A DNA stretch of 57,900 bases, filler included, from Sluysia triapertura (taxonomy: Eukaryota), in assembly GCA_046118255.1 (NCBI GenBank). It is 4 parts of 4 records of this genome, joined end to end, with 100 filler letters (N's around TTAATTAATTAA, not from the genome) between each part and the next. Parts side by side here need not be neighbours in the genome. Positions count along the whole stretch, not along the records: positions 1 to 18,969 come from JBJNIA010106428.1; positions 19,070 to 33,114 come from JBJNIA010007881.1; 2 more parts are not named here. The stretch is one strand, 5' to 3'. The position numbers were made by a program, and so were the translations under genes. Shown here piece after piece: positions 15,866 through 28,374 of this stretch; the first letter of the stretch is position 1, and each line of letters starts with the position of its first letter. The notes below the pieces were generated by a model. That model saw only the letters and a program-made list of their open reading frames with translations. It was not told the origin of the DNA and did no database searches.

Positions 15866-16951
15866 TTTAATGATATCTAATGGAACTTCTTCGGAAACAT
15901 TTTCACAAAGAATACGATTAATATCAGTATCTGTGCGAATTAAACTTTCTGTCTGACCCGGTTTCATATCACATTGCCACTTAAAATCACTTTTTCCTTC
16001 CTGTTCAATAATAACTCTAATACTATCATTTACATCGATTTTTTCACCTAATGATAAAGTCCACACAGAAGACATAGAACTATCTTTAATTATCGGTTTC
16101 CAAGGAAATGGATCGTAAGTTAATTTTTTACTATCCCAAATAAATGATGTTTTAAAATCATTAATCAAAGAAACTTCGAAATGAAATTTTTCAACAAAAT
16201 TCAGAGTAACAGGTACAGATATAATTAAAATAGCAATACACATAGTTCGGTTAATATAAAGTTCTCTTAAAAATGCTTTTTTGTGTCTACTATATAGCAT
16301 CAACCATCTTAAATAAAACCATGGACTTTGATCATTAGGATCAGTAAATATAGCATTATTTATCAGATCAAGTTCATGTAAAGTACTAGAATCCGGATTC
16401 TCTTCCAACAAAGAAGCACGGTAATGCCATGAGGAATAATTACTAATATTGTCACCTATTTGACGATTTGTAGAATTTAATTCTGAACTACAATCTACCT
16501 TTCCCATGTTCACTATGAATCTTCTATAGTCCCAACAATGAAAATTTCGTTCATCCTGGGATAAAGCATAATCACATAGTTCAATTTCGTGCTTATAATC
16601 TGGATTAGGGTGATTTTGTAAAACCCAACAACGATGATGCCAAACAGCATAAGCTTTTGGATTTTCTTTTAAACAATTACTTGTTAATTGTAATTCATAA
16701 TCCATCAGATCAGCTAAATAACCCAAATGCATTAATATTTCACGACGATAATTCCACAATACATTCCATTCTGGCACTTTAACAATGCAATCTGCGATTA
16801 ATTTTAATATACTTGCATCTTTTTCATTATTTTTACGACAATTTAAAATTTTATTACGAACTGGTATAAATGCATCAATTTTTCTTTGCTTTTCTAATTT
16901 TTGTAACTGAATTTGTTCTTCAGATGTTTTTACTTTAATTCTTCCATGCAT
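15866..16951 (-). CDS. RABGGTA: Rab geranylgeranyltransferase (GGTase-II) alpha subunit, coding exon 1 of 3 (362 codons)
   Basis: Starts MHGRIKVKTSEEQ, the typical RABGGTA N-terminus. Contains prenyltransferase-alpha (PPTA) repeats (WNYRR, NPKAYAVWHHRCW, DERNFHCWDYRR, NISNYSSWHYR, FTDPNDQSPWFYLRW) followed by an Ig-like insert. Ends ...PLDIIK at a GTAGGT donor (15865), phase 0. Confidence 0.96.
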
Positions 16952-18969
16952 TTTTTGAAATTATTGATTGTAACTTAGTCAAAATTAGTAACTTAAATTT
17001 ATTTACCTAAAATTTAGAAAAATGCTTACTTTAAAAAAATATGTAATATTATAAAAACAAAACTATATCTTAAATAATTAAAAGTGTTAAATAAATAAAA
17101 TAATATTTATTATAAATCGCGTGTTTTGTTGCACTTCATAACCTACTTATTAATTGCACCAATTTTATTAATTGAAACAACGAAGGTCATTTTTTTAATT
17201 TTTAATGAATTAATAAATACAAAAAAATTTAAGTATTTCAAGTGTACCGTATTACATTTATAATTATTTAATTTTGATCAAATTTATTATATATCTTCAA
17301 GTAAAATATAAATATATTGAAATTAAAGAATTGTTTATGCCTCTTTATAATATATTTCTGAGGTGTATTATAATCGATAATGATTATGATAATAATTGGA
17401 ATAATAATATTATTAATTTTCATAAAATTAAGAGTGTTATACACATTTTTCATGCAGTAGGAAATGCAAGATTTTTTCTGCCTAAAGTACTAGTTTATTC
17501 TTGCAAAAATGTCTGGAATTTGAGTTTACCTAATAAGTACGATTTATATCTAGATAGACGATGTTCTATTAAAATTTTTTAGAATATCAGAAAACAGTCA
17601 AGTAGTTCAGAGAACACGTAGCCTCGCAGGTGTTAAGTTATCGTAATAAAAATTTGTAAATTAAGCTAGTTGTTATGCTCTAGTTTGTGAAATAAAAGTT
17701 GAGCTGGCCCGTATGGTCTAACGTAAAGGATAATTGGTTTTAGTTATTTTAACGAACGAAAAATTACAAATTAAGCCTTCTTAATGTCTAACAAATTACA
17801 ATATGTATTAAGATTTAATCTATTAAAAAGACAATGATAATTATATTCCTTATGTGCTTAATATACTCAAAACTACACATACAATTTACAAAAAATGGTA
17901 CACAAAATATAAATTAAAATTATAATAATATTTTAAACAATACTTAAGGAATATAATTCCTTAGTACTAAAAATTTTAAAGTTACAAATTAACCTAGCCT
18001 TAAGGTCTAGGGTTATTATCGATAAATTTAGTAAAAATTTTGTCCTAATTAAAATGAGAACGAAAAACCTAATATTAATGATCTTACTTTCGTGGAATTG
18101 TATCTTCGATGTTTAAATTGTATTATGAAAATATGACATCCAGAATTCAATACCGTAATTCTTGACGCCATATTGCTTGTTTACAATTTCATTTAGTTAT
18201 ATTAGAATTGATTTTTTAAAACAAAATTTTTATATTAGAATGCATTTAATTTAAAATTTTATTTAATTTAATTTATTAACTTGTTTTGTATTTAAATTTA
18301 ATTTAATTAAATTTTGTTATTTATTTTGGATTGTACAAATTAAATTATATATTTATTCGCAATGACATTATAATAATTAATATGAATTTTATAAAAATAA
18401 AATAAAACATTTAAAATGCATCAGCCTCAACAAAAATATAATTTTCTATATAAAGCGTTAGGCTCATGTTAAAAAGTGTCTATAAAGGATACGTAGCAGT
18501 TTATTTGAATTAGAATAACATGAGAACATTTATGTCATGTTAAATTAAATTAGATTTTTAGATTTAATTTTTACATTTTAACTTTTTCAGAATAATATAT
18601 AATACTTTAAATAATTATTTGTGTATAATTATAATAATGACAGGAATACTAATATTCTAATATAATTATGATAACTGATAGGGATTTTCAAATTATTAAT
18701 TATGTTAAATCGATATCAATTTAATTAACTATAAAAAGAACTGATTATTTACGTACCCACTATATCAAATATAAATTATCAATAATTTTCTTACTTATTA
18801 ATAATAAATATTCTCCCCAAAACTAATTTTTTAAAAAGAAAATCAAATCAATAACAGCAACAAAATAATTTACTGATCAACCAAAAATCAATTACAAATT
18901 CGTATTATTATAAATCTCTATTAAGCAGTACTAAAAATAATTAAATCAATTACAAACTAATATTATTAT

Positions 18970-19069
18970 NNNNNNNNNNNNNNNNNNNNNNNNNNNNNNN
19001 NNNNNNNNNNNNNTTAATTAATTAANNNNNNNNNNNNNNNNNNNNNNNNNNNNNNNNNNNNNNNNNNNN
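18970..19069. other. Assembly gap (100 bp with artificial TTAATTAATTAA spacer)
   Basis: N44-TTAATTAATTAA-N44, identical at three places in the window. Confidence 0.97.
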
Positions 19070-19449
19070 CATTTGAGGTTGAGTTTAGAATATTTGAATT
19101 AGTTTACGACTGATTGAGTGAAGTGTTTGATGATACAAGGTTATATGAATTATTCGGAGTCTTTGGCAAAGATTCAAAAGATGAAATTAAATTGTTCTGT
19201 TATTATTGTTATTATTTGAAACAATCGATATTGCACTTGAATCATTGTGCTGCCTGGTGGGTGTAATCGGTGTGTAATTCATATTGTTTAGTGGTATTTT
19301 TGCCTTTTCTAAAGCACCATCGATTAATAACTGTTTATGTTGTGTCCCAACAAATCCTCATTCACCAAAAGCCCCTGCGCAAACAGTCCATTCATCTCGA
19401 CTCGGTCCGACATCACTACGCTTCAGACATACAAATGCACATATAAAAA

Positions 19450-19706
19450 AGGTAAGAATGAAAAATCAGAAGGCACTAGAAAAGGATAGTGAGTCATAAT
19501 GATAATAAAAATGACAATGAACACTGTGTTTAATATTTTGATTAAAAATTGTTAATAAAAGAAATTTTACTAGGCATTTGTGATATTATAATGGTAAGTA
19601 GTGTAATGTTGTGAATGATATGTGTAAAATGTCTTACAGTGTATTTTTTGAGGTTTATGTAGATGGTTCACGTGATATGTAGATAGATGTGGGCTGGGCC
19701 ACCACA
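19450..19706 (-). repeat. Dispersed LTR-like repeat, copy 1 (paralog at ~21250-21475)
   Basis: Shares gtgatatgtag.t.g.tgtgggc...gcc(acc)aca and upstream blocks with 21250-21475. Both copies begin TGTGG on the minus strand. Confidence 0.5.
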
Positions 19707-19726
19707 ACTAAATACATAAAACTTAC

Positions 19727-20220
19727 ATTAATTAAGGATATTTAAATTAATAAGTTCATCCTTATGAACACGTTCATCTTGAGACCTTCTATCGTTAACT
19801 TTATTCATTTGAAAATATAAGAAATGTCAGATTCAAAATAACGAGTATGATCAACTGCATAAAGTTTAAAGGTATTTGAATTAATAAGTTTATCCGTATG
19901 AATATATTCATCTTGAGACCTTCTCTTATTAACTATATTTATGCCACCACATTTAAAAATATGAAAAATGTTAGACTCAAAATAAACAACATGGTCAACT
20001 GCATAAAGTTTAAAGATATTTAAATTAATAAGTTTATCCGTATGAACATATTCATCTTGTGAATTTCTCTTATTAACTTTGCTTATGCCACTACATTTAA
20101 AAATATGAAAAATGTTATAAATGTTAAATTCAAAATAAAAAGTATAGTCAATTGCATATAATTTAAGGATATATGAATTAATAAGTTTATTCTTATGAAC
20201 ATATTAATCTTGAGATCTTT
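19727..20220. repeat. Tandem repeat, ~135-150 bp unit, ~3.4 copies
   Basis: The unit aag(g)atatttaaattaataagtttatccgtatgaacatattcatcttgagacc...caactgcataaagtt recurs at ~19731, ~19866, ~20011 and ~20163. Confidence 0.9.
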
Positions 20221-21249
20221 TAGTCTGCATTACAGTCGTTACTTCACGATCTTCTATTAATGGACTCAGATGACGTTCGTGAACTTCTAATTACTGCCAG
20301 ACAATTGTGTTGATAGCATATTAGATCTTTCAATAAATACCTTGTCCGAAATTCTAATGTTCATTTCTTCGCACAGTTGTTGAAAATACTATGGTAAATT
20401 CTCCACTAAGAGTTCATTAAGAAATTTGTGCTCTCCAGACAAATGAAGCTTAACCATTTCAAATGCAGTATATACTTTTTCGCGTTGAATACTAATATTA
20501 GCTTTCTGAAATACTTTAAAACATTCTGTTTCACATTCTATTTGAAAATTTGCTTCATCAATTTATATCTTCTTGATTGTTATACATCATTGTTTGAGCT
20601 AGTCCTTTTAACTTTTGTTTTACATAAAAACAATACGTTGTCTATATTTCGAAATATATTTTTGAAAAACTTTTTAAAATTTGCCTAAATTTATTATTTT
20701 TTAAACAAATATCAATATATTCATTATCATTATTTGCACACTAGAAAATAGATTTCATTAACATACCTTCGTGATACGAAAAATTTAAATCATTTAAAAC
20801 ATTTTAATAACATTCAAGATAGTAGTTGAATATTAGTCATTTTTTCTAAAAATCAACATAAAACATTGAATAATGAATAATTCAATAAAAGCAATTATTT
20901 TTTTGTTCTTATTTCAGAAAATAAAAATATGTTACACGTATAATTATTATAAGAATTAATTTCCACTTTTTATGTATAGAAACGTTGGATATGCAATACA
21001 TCACATAATATATAAATATAATAATTAATATAAATTTGCAAAAATGTTTAATGAAATAGTGTATATCGAATATATAAAATTAATCATTTTTGTGACATTT
21101 ACATTAATCAATTCTGAAATATCTGAAGTATGTTTTTGGTCTTTTTCAAAAATCTTTCTGAATCGGTTATAAATTTATTAAATAAGATGGTGATGGTTCT
21201 GAAACTTCGAATCCACATTTCATATATAAAATTATAAAATATAGAATAA

Positions 21250-21475
21250 AAATTATGAAAGAGGCAAGAGTAAAGTGCGTCGTAATGATGACAGGACGAC
21301 AATGCATTATGTTTTATAAAACGGTATTTTAATTAAAATTTCGTGAGGATGGGTGATGTGCTGTTGCAAATGATATGGATAAACTTGTTATAATATAATT
21401 TTTTGTGATGAGGTTTGTGTATTTGATTATTATGATTTATGTGATATGTAGGTGGGTGTGGGCCTGACTGCCACA
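21250..21475 (-). repeat. Dispersed LTR-like repeat, copy 2, abutting a truncated mariner
   Basis: Similar to 19450-19706. Ends ...gactgccaca immediately before the mariner remnant. Confidence 0.5.
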
Positions 21476-21477
21476 CT

Positions 21478-21767
21478 CATACAAATTCGGTAACTTTCAA
21501 AAAGCTTTTACAGCTTGAATAGGATGTAATACCACACCCACCTCTCTTCTATTATTTGTTCCGGTCTCTGCAAAATTTTTTGGACGGGAAGACCCCCATT
21601 TCCTATCAGAAGTCAAATATCACTTGGGCCAGTTTTTGCCGGCAAAGTTCTGAATCAATCTCCTGCCTGAAACATGGCAAAAGGTGTTTGACCAAAATGG
21701 AGAATACATAATTTAATAAAATGTTTATAAAATCTAAAATATCGTGTTACTTTCCGAACAACGCAAT
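21478..21767 (+). mobile_element. mariner (DD34D-type) transposase 3' remnant with 3' TIR
   Basis: Decayed translation HTNSVTFKKLLQLE*DVIPHPP..YYLFRSLQNFLDGKT...INLLPETWQKVFDQNGEYII* (stop at 21714-21716) matches the mariner C-terminus, with the YSPDLAP segment deleted. Followed by a TIR-like tactttccgaacaacgcaat. Confidence 0.85.
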
Positions 21768-22342
21768 TTTTACTAATACTATAGCTCTAAAGGCGTTCAC
21801 GATTTATAATTATATTTTGAGATTATATATCGAAGACAATTGTTTATTATTCTTAAAATTCAATCTTAGTTTTAAATACACAAATTTCGTAAGGTTGATG
21901 ATTTTCTTTTGTTGGAGATTTCTGCGGACAGTCAAAACATTCGAATGATATCAATTTTTCTTGTATAATAGATTTGTATGATCCCGGTGAATGCTGTACC
22001 GGCAGCTCTACAATCCTAAACAAGATTTGCTATGTATTAAACAGAGATAAACATAGAAACTTCCCAAACAAAACCATGATAAACATAGAATCATCATGAT
22101 TTTGTAACATTTAATATCATATATCATATTCTCGTTTAAATGATATAAGTATGGTTGGTTGACAGAATGAGTGAAATTAGATCATAATAGGTGTTGCAGT
22201 GACACACGACTTACTTTTCTGATTAACTGATCATTAAAATTGACTTTGACTACTTGCAATAAAACCTGGTGCAAATACGATAATCATCACATAAATCAAA
22301 AACGAAAAAATCCTTATGTTGTGTCTTTAATGTAATTAATAA

Positions 22343-22500
22343 TGTTAGACTTCATAAAATGGACTGACCGGAGATCGAACCCAGGACCATCGCTGCACAG
22401 TTCGATTGCTCTACCACTGAGCTATCAGCCCCGTCTAACGATTTCATTTATATTATATTTAATTTTACCACATGACACTTTCAGGCCTTTTACCCCAACA
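22343..22500 (-). mobile_element. tRNA-cassette element, copy 1 (158 bp, TSD ATAA)
   Basis: TGTT...AACA termini, with ATAA at 22339-22342 and 22501-22504. Internal tRNA-like cassette at 22360-22431. Homologous to the other three copies. Confidence 0.8.
22360..22431 (-). tRNA. tRNA-derived pseudogene/cassette (Cys-like), non-canonical anticodon arm
   Basis: GGGCTGATAGCTCAGTGGTAGAGCAATCGAACTGTGCAGCGATGGTCCTGGGTTCGATCTCCGGTCAGTCCA. It has a 7-bp acceptor stem (GGGCTGA/TCAGTCC), D stem GCTC/GAGC, T arm with TTCGA, and A and B boxes, then TTTT. The anticodon stem is only 4 bp with a 10-nt loop. Confidence 0.6.
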
Positions 22501-23019
22501 ATAACAATAGATTTTACTTACTTAAATAAAATCTCAATAATTTCAATATTCATTAGATCAAGTATAAACTATCACAAATTTTTATTATTTTACTAATGAT
22601 ATTTATTCAACCCAAGAATTTCGTTCTTAATTCAAAATAACAATAACATAATAATCACAAAATCAAATATAAGTCGTTATTATAAATTTCTGCATAAACA
22701 ATAATACATGTTAATTAAATAAAAATGACCAAATTTCAAAAGTAGCAATACTATTTATGACAATGTTCAGACCATAATAATCAATCCAAAGAAGCCAGAA
22801 GTGAAAAAAAAATTTATCAATATATAGAAATTTGAAAATAATAAAAATAATATTTAAAATTTTCGGATAATTTTAGTCTAACTTAATATCGATTAAATAT
22901 TAATTTGGTCAGGGATATTCCCAAAAATCAAAGTTATCAAGATCTAAAAAAGTCAAATTAATAATATTGCTTAAATATTTCAAAATAATTTTATTTTATC
23001 TTCGTATAAGAAAATTATG

Positions 23020-24190
23020 GAAATAATTTGGGCAAGGATCCTCCCAAAATCAAATTTATCAATAGCTAAAAGGGTCAAATGATAAAAACTTAAGGATATC
23101 CCAAAAAAATTTACTGCTAATAACAATAACAATAATAATAATAAAAATAAAATTAAAATAACAAAAATAAAATAAAGTCTTACCCAAATCATGGATATTC
23201 TTGATTGTGTGGTAAAATTTTTAAGTTTTTCATTTTATACTCTGTCATCCAATCAATCCTAGGTTTCACAAGCAAACACTTAATTACATAAATTATCCAA
23301 ATATCCTTTGATAATTAGACCGACAATAACAACTTTGACAATTACATGGTACTGTCTGTTAAACTTCATTAGGTACAAAACACAAAAATTTGATTTATTA
23401 TTAACCATCATTTTCTTTTACTCTACTTAATCTATTTTTATTTAAATTACTTCTCGCATTAAAATAATAATCAACAATATTGTTAACGTGCATAAAAATA
23501 ATGAATTTAAATTCACTTTTTAGAATTTAATTGATTTTCAATATTTCTAATTAAAAATATTTAAGGCTTGTATTCTCAAACAAACCATTCTAGAAACATT
23601 TCAAACTCACTTATAGATTCTCCTCTCTTGTAGGAATCATTATATTTGTATCATTCCAAGTATAAAAAATTCAACATTCCATAATTAAGAATTAATTAAA
23701 CTTCGACTTTTCTAAATCTTAAATCTTTCCATGCATGAACTCGGTCAAACCATACTTTCATCGAAGTCTTTTTAAAACAAATACATACAATTTCAAATTT
23801 AACATAGCATACCAAATGCAAAAGTTATACACAAAAACGTGCTTTTTCTTAATTAAGTTAATTAAGATTTTAATTAATTAATCTATCTTATTTCATGTCT
23901 AAAGGTTTTATTAAGGTCCTAAAGTTATTTTATAGTTTATAGGGCATTCGAGAGACTCTATATGTTTTCACCTTCACCTCTCTCATTCCTTTTCTACTTC
24001 TTCATGTTAATTATTACCATACTATATTTATCCTTAATACCAATAACAATGATTTTTATTCTCAAATATTATAAAGATTTTATAAGATTACTCGAAGATC
24101 TTAGATGCCTGTCGATGTTTCAAGAATGCTTAACGGCTAATGAAGTCTCAGATGATCTCCAAGTTCACAAATTCATAGGTATCTAATGCC
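23020..24190. repeat. Left arm of a ~1.1-kb diverged inverted repeat (partner ~24965-26090)
   Basis: Collinear reverse-complement blocks, e.g. catcgaagtctttttaaaacaaatacataca (23759) vs tgtatgtatttgttttaaaaagacatttcgatg (25342), and tcttatttcatgtctaaaggttttattaagg vs ccttaataaaacctttaaacatggaataaga. Confidence 0.85.
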
Positions 24191-24361
24191 TTTAAAGGTT
24201 TTCCAAGTCCATCTCGAACCTTTATAAGGTCTCAGACTATTATGTGTCTTTGGAACTCCAAGGTATTCTTTAACTCTCAACACAACTATAATGGTTTCCA
24301 CCTTCATCATTTTATATTAATTCTTCATGCACCTATAATTTCATCCATCTTCTGTTCCAAT

Positions 24362-24745
24362 TAATGATGGATATCGACTCTATTGTCGACAATCAAATAA
24401 AAATGGCGGCAAATCTATCATTCTCAAAGTTCGAGATAATCATGTTAAAGTCGATAATCGTTGGCTTGTACTATATTCACCGTTATTTTCGAAAAAATGC
24501 AAAATCGGTGAAATTGATTAAATGTATTTGCAAGTATGTTAGCAATGAAAGCGATATGGTAGGTTTTGCGGTAGGAAATGCAGTTGAGCCTTCTAATAAA
24601 ATCGACCAATATCAACTAAGACACTACATTAGTAGCAATTAAGAAGTTTGGCGCATTTTATTGTTTCAAATACAAAAACGATATCCAACAATTGTCTATT
24701 TAGCATTGTATCTTGAAAATGGACGTGTATTTTACAACGTTACAC
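24362..24745 (+). mobile_element. Helitron Rep/helicase coding remnant (pseudogenised)
   Basis: Frameshifted translation NDGYRLYCRQSNKNGGKSIILKVR..VDNRWLVLYSPLFSK..SVKLIKCICKYVSNESDM..KIDQYQLRHYISSN*EVWRILLFQIQKRYPTIVYLALYLENGRVF. This matches the conserved Helitron block DGYPLYRRR / DNRWVVPY / SIKYICKYVNKGSD / RYISSNEAVWRI / HLENGQRVYF. Confidence 0.88.
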
Positions 24746-24964
24746 ATGAAAGAGCTTTTGCCCATTTTGGGATTGCTCAACTGTGACACAATAAATAAGT
24801 AGTGAACATATAATACAATAAAATGAGAAAGAACTGATTGAACATAAAAACATTAATGGAATACGAATCATGAAGAAAGCATTTGTAATAATGTTGACAG
24901 CTGAAGAATACCTTGAAATTCCGAAGATCTATGTAGGGTAGGGAGATGGGTTTGGAAAAAATTT

Positions 24965-26090
24965 AGAAGTACCTTTGAACTTATGAACCTTTAGATCATC
25001 TAAGACCTATTAACCTTTAAGAATTTTTGAAACATCGATAAACATATAAGGCCTTTGAGTAACCTTATAAAGCTAAAATCTTTAAAATTCTTGAGAAATA
25101 AAATCATTGTTGCTAATATTAAAGATAGTTTAATACGAAGTACTGAAGTAGAAAAATGATTCAGAGTGGTGAAGTTGAGTACCTTATGAAGTACTAAAAT
25201 TTTAAAACCTTAATAAAACCTTTAAACATGGAATAAGATTCAGTCTAAAAGTTGATTAATTAAAATTTTAATTAACTTAAGAAAGTGTACTTTTTTGTGA
25301 ATAACATTTGAATGAGAAATGATACGTCAAAGTTGAAAATGTGTATGTATTTGTTTTAAAAAGACATTTCGATGAAGGTATCGTTCGATCGACTTCATGC
25401 AAGGAATGCCTCAATATTGAGTAAAGTCAAATTTTAATTATGGAATGTTGAATTTTTAATACTTAGAATAATAAAATGTAATTAAGTGAATATGAAATGA
25501 TTACTCTGAAAGGAGAGAATCTCTAAGTGAGTTTAAATTGTCTATAGAATGGTTTTTTAAGAATAAGAACCTTAAACATTTATTATAAGAAAAGTGGGTG
25601 TGAAAAACGGAAAATAAATTAATTTCTAAAACAAATTAAATTCAATACTTTTACGTATAACAAATATTGGTGATTGTTACTTTAGTTTAGGAAGCAATTT
25701 AAGTAAAAGAGAAGAAAATAATATGTGATCATAAATCAATTTTTTTGTGTTCTGTATCTAATAAAGTTTGACAGACTGGCCTATGGAAATGTCAAAGTTA
25801 TTACTGTCGGTTTAATTCTCAAAGGATGTTGTGATAATATGTATGAAAGAATTTTTGATTGTAAAATTCGAGAATGATTGGATGATGAGAAAATATAACA
25901 AGGAATAATTAAGAATTTTAAGTCACAAGAAAATAATTCGTAATTATTAAATAAGATCCATACTCTTGGTAATATTTTTTATTTTTATTTGTTATTAATT
26001 TAATTTATTTTGGGGATTTTATTTCTATTTTATATTATCCCCTACAATTTTCTCAAGTGTTATTTTGGAGGAAAAAGAACTAAATTGTTC
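24965..26090. repeat. Right arm of a ~1.1-kb diverged inverted repeat (partner ~23020-24190)
   Basis: Reverse-complement similarity to the left arm throughout, e.g. aatgtcaaagttattactgtcggtttaattctcaaaggat vs atcctttgataattagaccgacaataacaactttgacaatt. Confidence 0.85.
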
Positions 26091-26491
26091 TGAGAAATTT
26101 TTTTATTTTTGTTTTTTTTGCTTCAACTTTGCACTAAGTGTGTAAACTAAGATTATTTGTATAATCTTATACAAATAGAGAAACCACAGAGCACCACAAA
26201 ATGTCAAATTAATGATTAATTTGAATCCAAAAAAGAAATATCGATCCATTAGAAGTTATCACATTTGATGAAAAAATGATTCCAGAATATCTATAACTAC
26301 CGGCACAATTAAGAGTGGCATTATTGTTGACAGACGACAGCAGTAACATATGAAGGACATCAACTTTTATTTATATATATTTGTCTCTCAGAAATCTGAA
26401 GTAATAAATAACAACTTTGAACTATTATTAACATTTTGGCATTCGTTCCGTAAAATTAATTTAAATTTAAGAAGCATTAAATGTATAAAAG

Positions 26492-26637
26492 TGTTGGTAT
26501 ACAGGCCTAAAGTGTCATAGAATAATGATAGTGTAATTGACTATAACAAAAGTGTTAGACGGGGTTGATAGCTCAGTGAATGGAGCGAGAAGTTCCGGAG
26601 TTCGATTTCCGATCAGTCCACATGATGAAGTTTAGCA
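26492..26637 (+). mobile_element. tRNA-cassette element, copy 2 (146 bp, TSD AAAG)
   Basis: AAAG|TGTTGGTATACAGGCCTAAAG...TGTTAGACGGGGTTGATAGCTCAGTG...GAGTTCGATTTCCGATCAGTCCA...GTTTAGCA|AAAG. The anticodon arm is deleted. Confidence 0.8.
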
Positions 26638-27562
26638 AAAGTAGAATACCAAAAATTGCAAGAAAAAAGCATTGTAAGACGGAAAAGTTTAAAAAATTTT
26701 CTTAATTATAAATAAGAACGAAAAAACTAGTTAATTATAAACAATGTCAGAACTAACTTGACATATTTATTATGTATAAAACTTGAAAATAGTTATACAT
26801 AATACAATTTGTGCAATTTGTCCAAGGCGAAATGGAGATACGAATATTCTTAGGAACAGAGATATTATGATAGTGTGATTTAGGTAATGTAAGAGTAGTA
26901 AATCATAAAAGTTTTAAAAATCAATAATTGGCACACGTGTGAAACATACTATAGTTTAATTCCATACAATCAATTAGCAGAATCAACATCAAAATGTTCG
27001 CGCGTTCATTTTCTTATAATAGTTAGATGATACAGATCTTAATAATTTTAAGACTAGAAGAAACACACCTTGTGGCATAATGAGCACAGAAACTAATATA
27101 ACTTTACTGACACCGAATTGTTTCAAAATGTAAAACCAACTAAATGAACACCTCACAAAGCAAAACCAGTATTAAGAAAACAATGATCACCATTAAACAA
27201 GAATAAGAAGATGCATAAAATGCAAGAAGATGAGAAAGCTAAAGATCAAAAAAGCAGTACTTCTATTTGTTAAATGCAGGCACGCGTACAATTTGCGTAA
27301 GTATATTTAATTTTACATTCTTCACTAAATTATAGAAAATGGCCTTAATTTACGTTTTCTGTATTCAAAAATTGCGAACGAAAATGTATTATTAAACACA
27401 TTAATGATAATGATTTAGAAAATATATCGTGTTTTGATCCTAATAATGACGCGTTTCTTATTATTTTCATACTATAATTATTGATAGAAATGAAAATGAT
27501 TCACACAGAAACTGCGTACAATTCCACAAAATAGGAGTGGACTTTATTTATTTTCATAACAT

Positions 27563-27727
27563 TGTTATATTTCATTAAATGGATTCGAACCCGAGCCCTC
27601 TTACCTCACAGTTGTGTAGTTCGGTTCTCTGAACACTAAAATATCAGTCCCGTCTAACAATTTTATTTTATTATAGTCAATTATACTATCATTATTCTAA
27701 GTGGCACTTTAATACTGTACCTCAACA
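27563..27727 (-). mobile_element. tRNA-cassette element, copy 3 (165 bp, imperfect TSD ACAT/AAAT)
   Basis: Minus strand reads TGTTGAGGTACAG...TGTTAGACGGGACTGATATTTTAGTGTTCAGAGAACCGAACTACACAACTGTGAGGTAAGAGGGCTCGGGTTCGAATCC...ATATAACA. Flanks match at 3 of 4 bases. Confidence 0.75.
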
Positions 27728-28374
27728 AAATCATCGAATATCACTATAGACTAAATCGATATTGTAGTACGAACATTTGCTTTACAATGAAATAAAAAGG
27801 GTTTTTCTAGTAAACTTGAAAGAAAAAATAGTTAAATAAATGTATTTGTTATTAGTATATACATGTGGATTTAATTATGGATTTAAATATTAACACAATG
27901 TGCAAAATAGCAGGGCAGGAGGTGGTTGAAAAACATATTTTGTATAAAATTACTACAAAGTAATAAGTTTAAAAATAAATTAAATAAGTTAAATAAATAA
28001 AATATAACGGCACCAAGGTAATAATAAAGAATCAGTATTAACTTAAGCAGAATTTTTTAAGTTGCTATGGATTTTAAAAGTTATAGTATATAAAAATATT
28101 TGGTTACAACCTATTCGGATTATGTTGAACCAAAAGGACTGGATCTAAAATTAAATTAATAATAAATTTATAGTAATAGCGAAATTACTAATAAAAATTA
28201 AATCAATAGTGAAATTAATAATAAAAAATTAACAATTAAAAAATAATTATAAAATTAGTAAAATTTACAATAGCTAATAATGTAATTATTGAGGCTATTA
28301 TTAATAGAAATAATGATAATAAATGTAAGAGATGATATACTCATAAATCGCGCACGACAAGAAAGATAGTAATG

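Noticed and set aside
18970-19069. TTAATTAATTAA palindrome embedded in N runs (also at 33115 and 44128)
   Set aside because: Identical 100-bp pattern three times: a scaffolding spacer with stops in all frames, not biology. Adjacency across these gaps is uncertain.
19727-20220. Regularly spaced repeats as a possible CRISPR array
   Set aside because: The whole unit is repeated with no unique spacers, the context is eukaryotic, and there are no cas genes.
22360-22431. Functional tRNA gene
   Set aside because: The anticodon arm is non-canonical and the cassette lies inside a TSD-flanked repeat with decayed paralogs.
22343-26637. Single giant element with tRNA-tipped TIRs
   Set aside because: Each tRNA-cassette unit has its own distinct TSD, and the sequence between the units and the 1.1-kb arms does not align.
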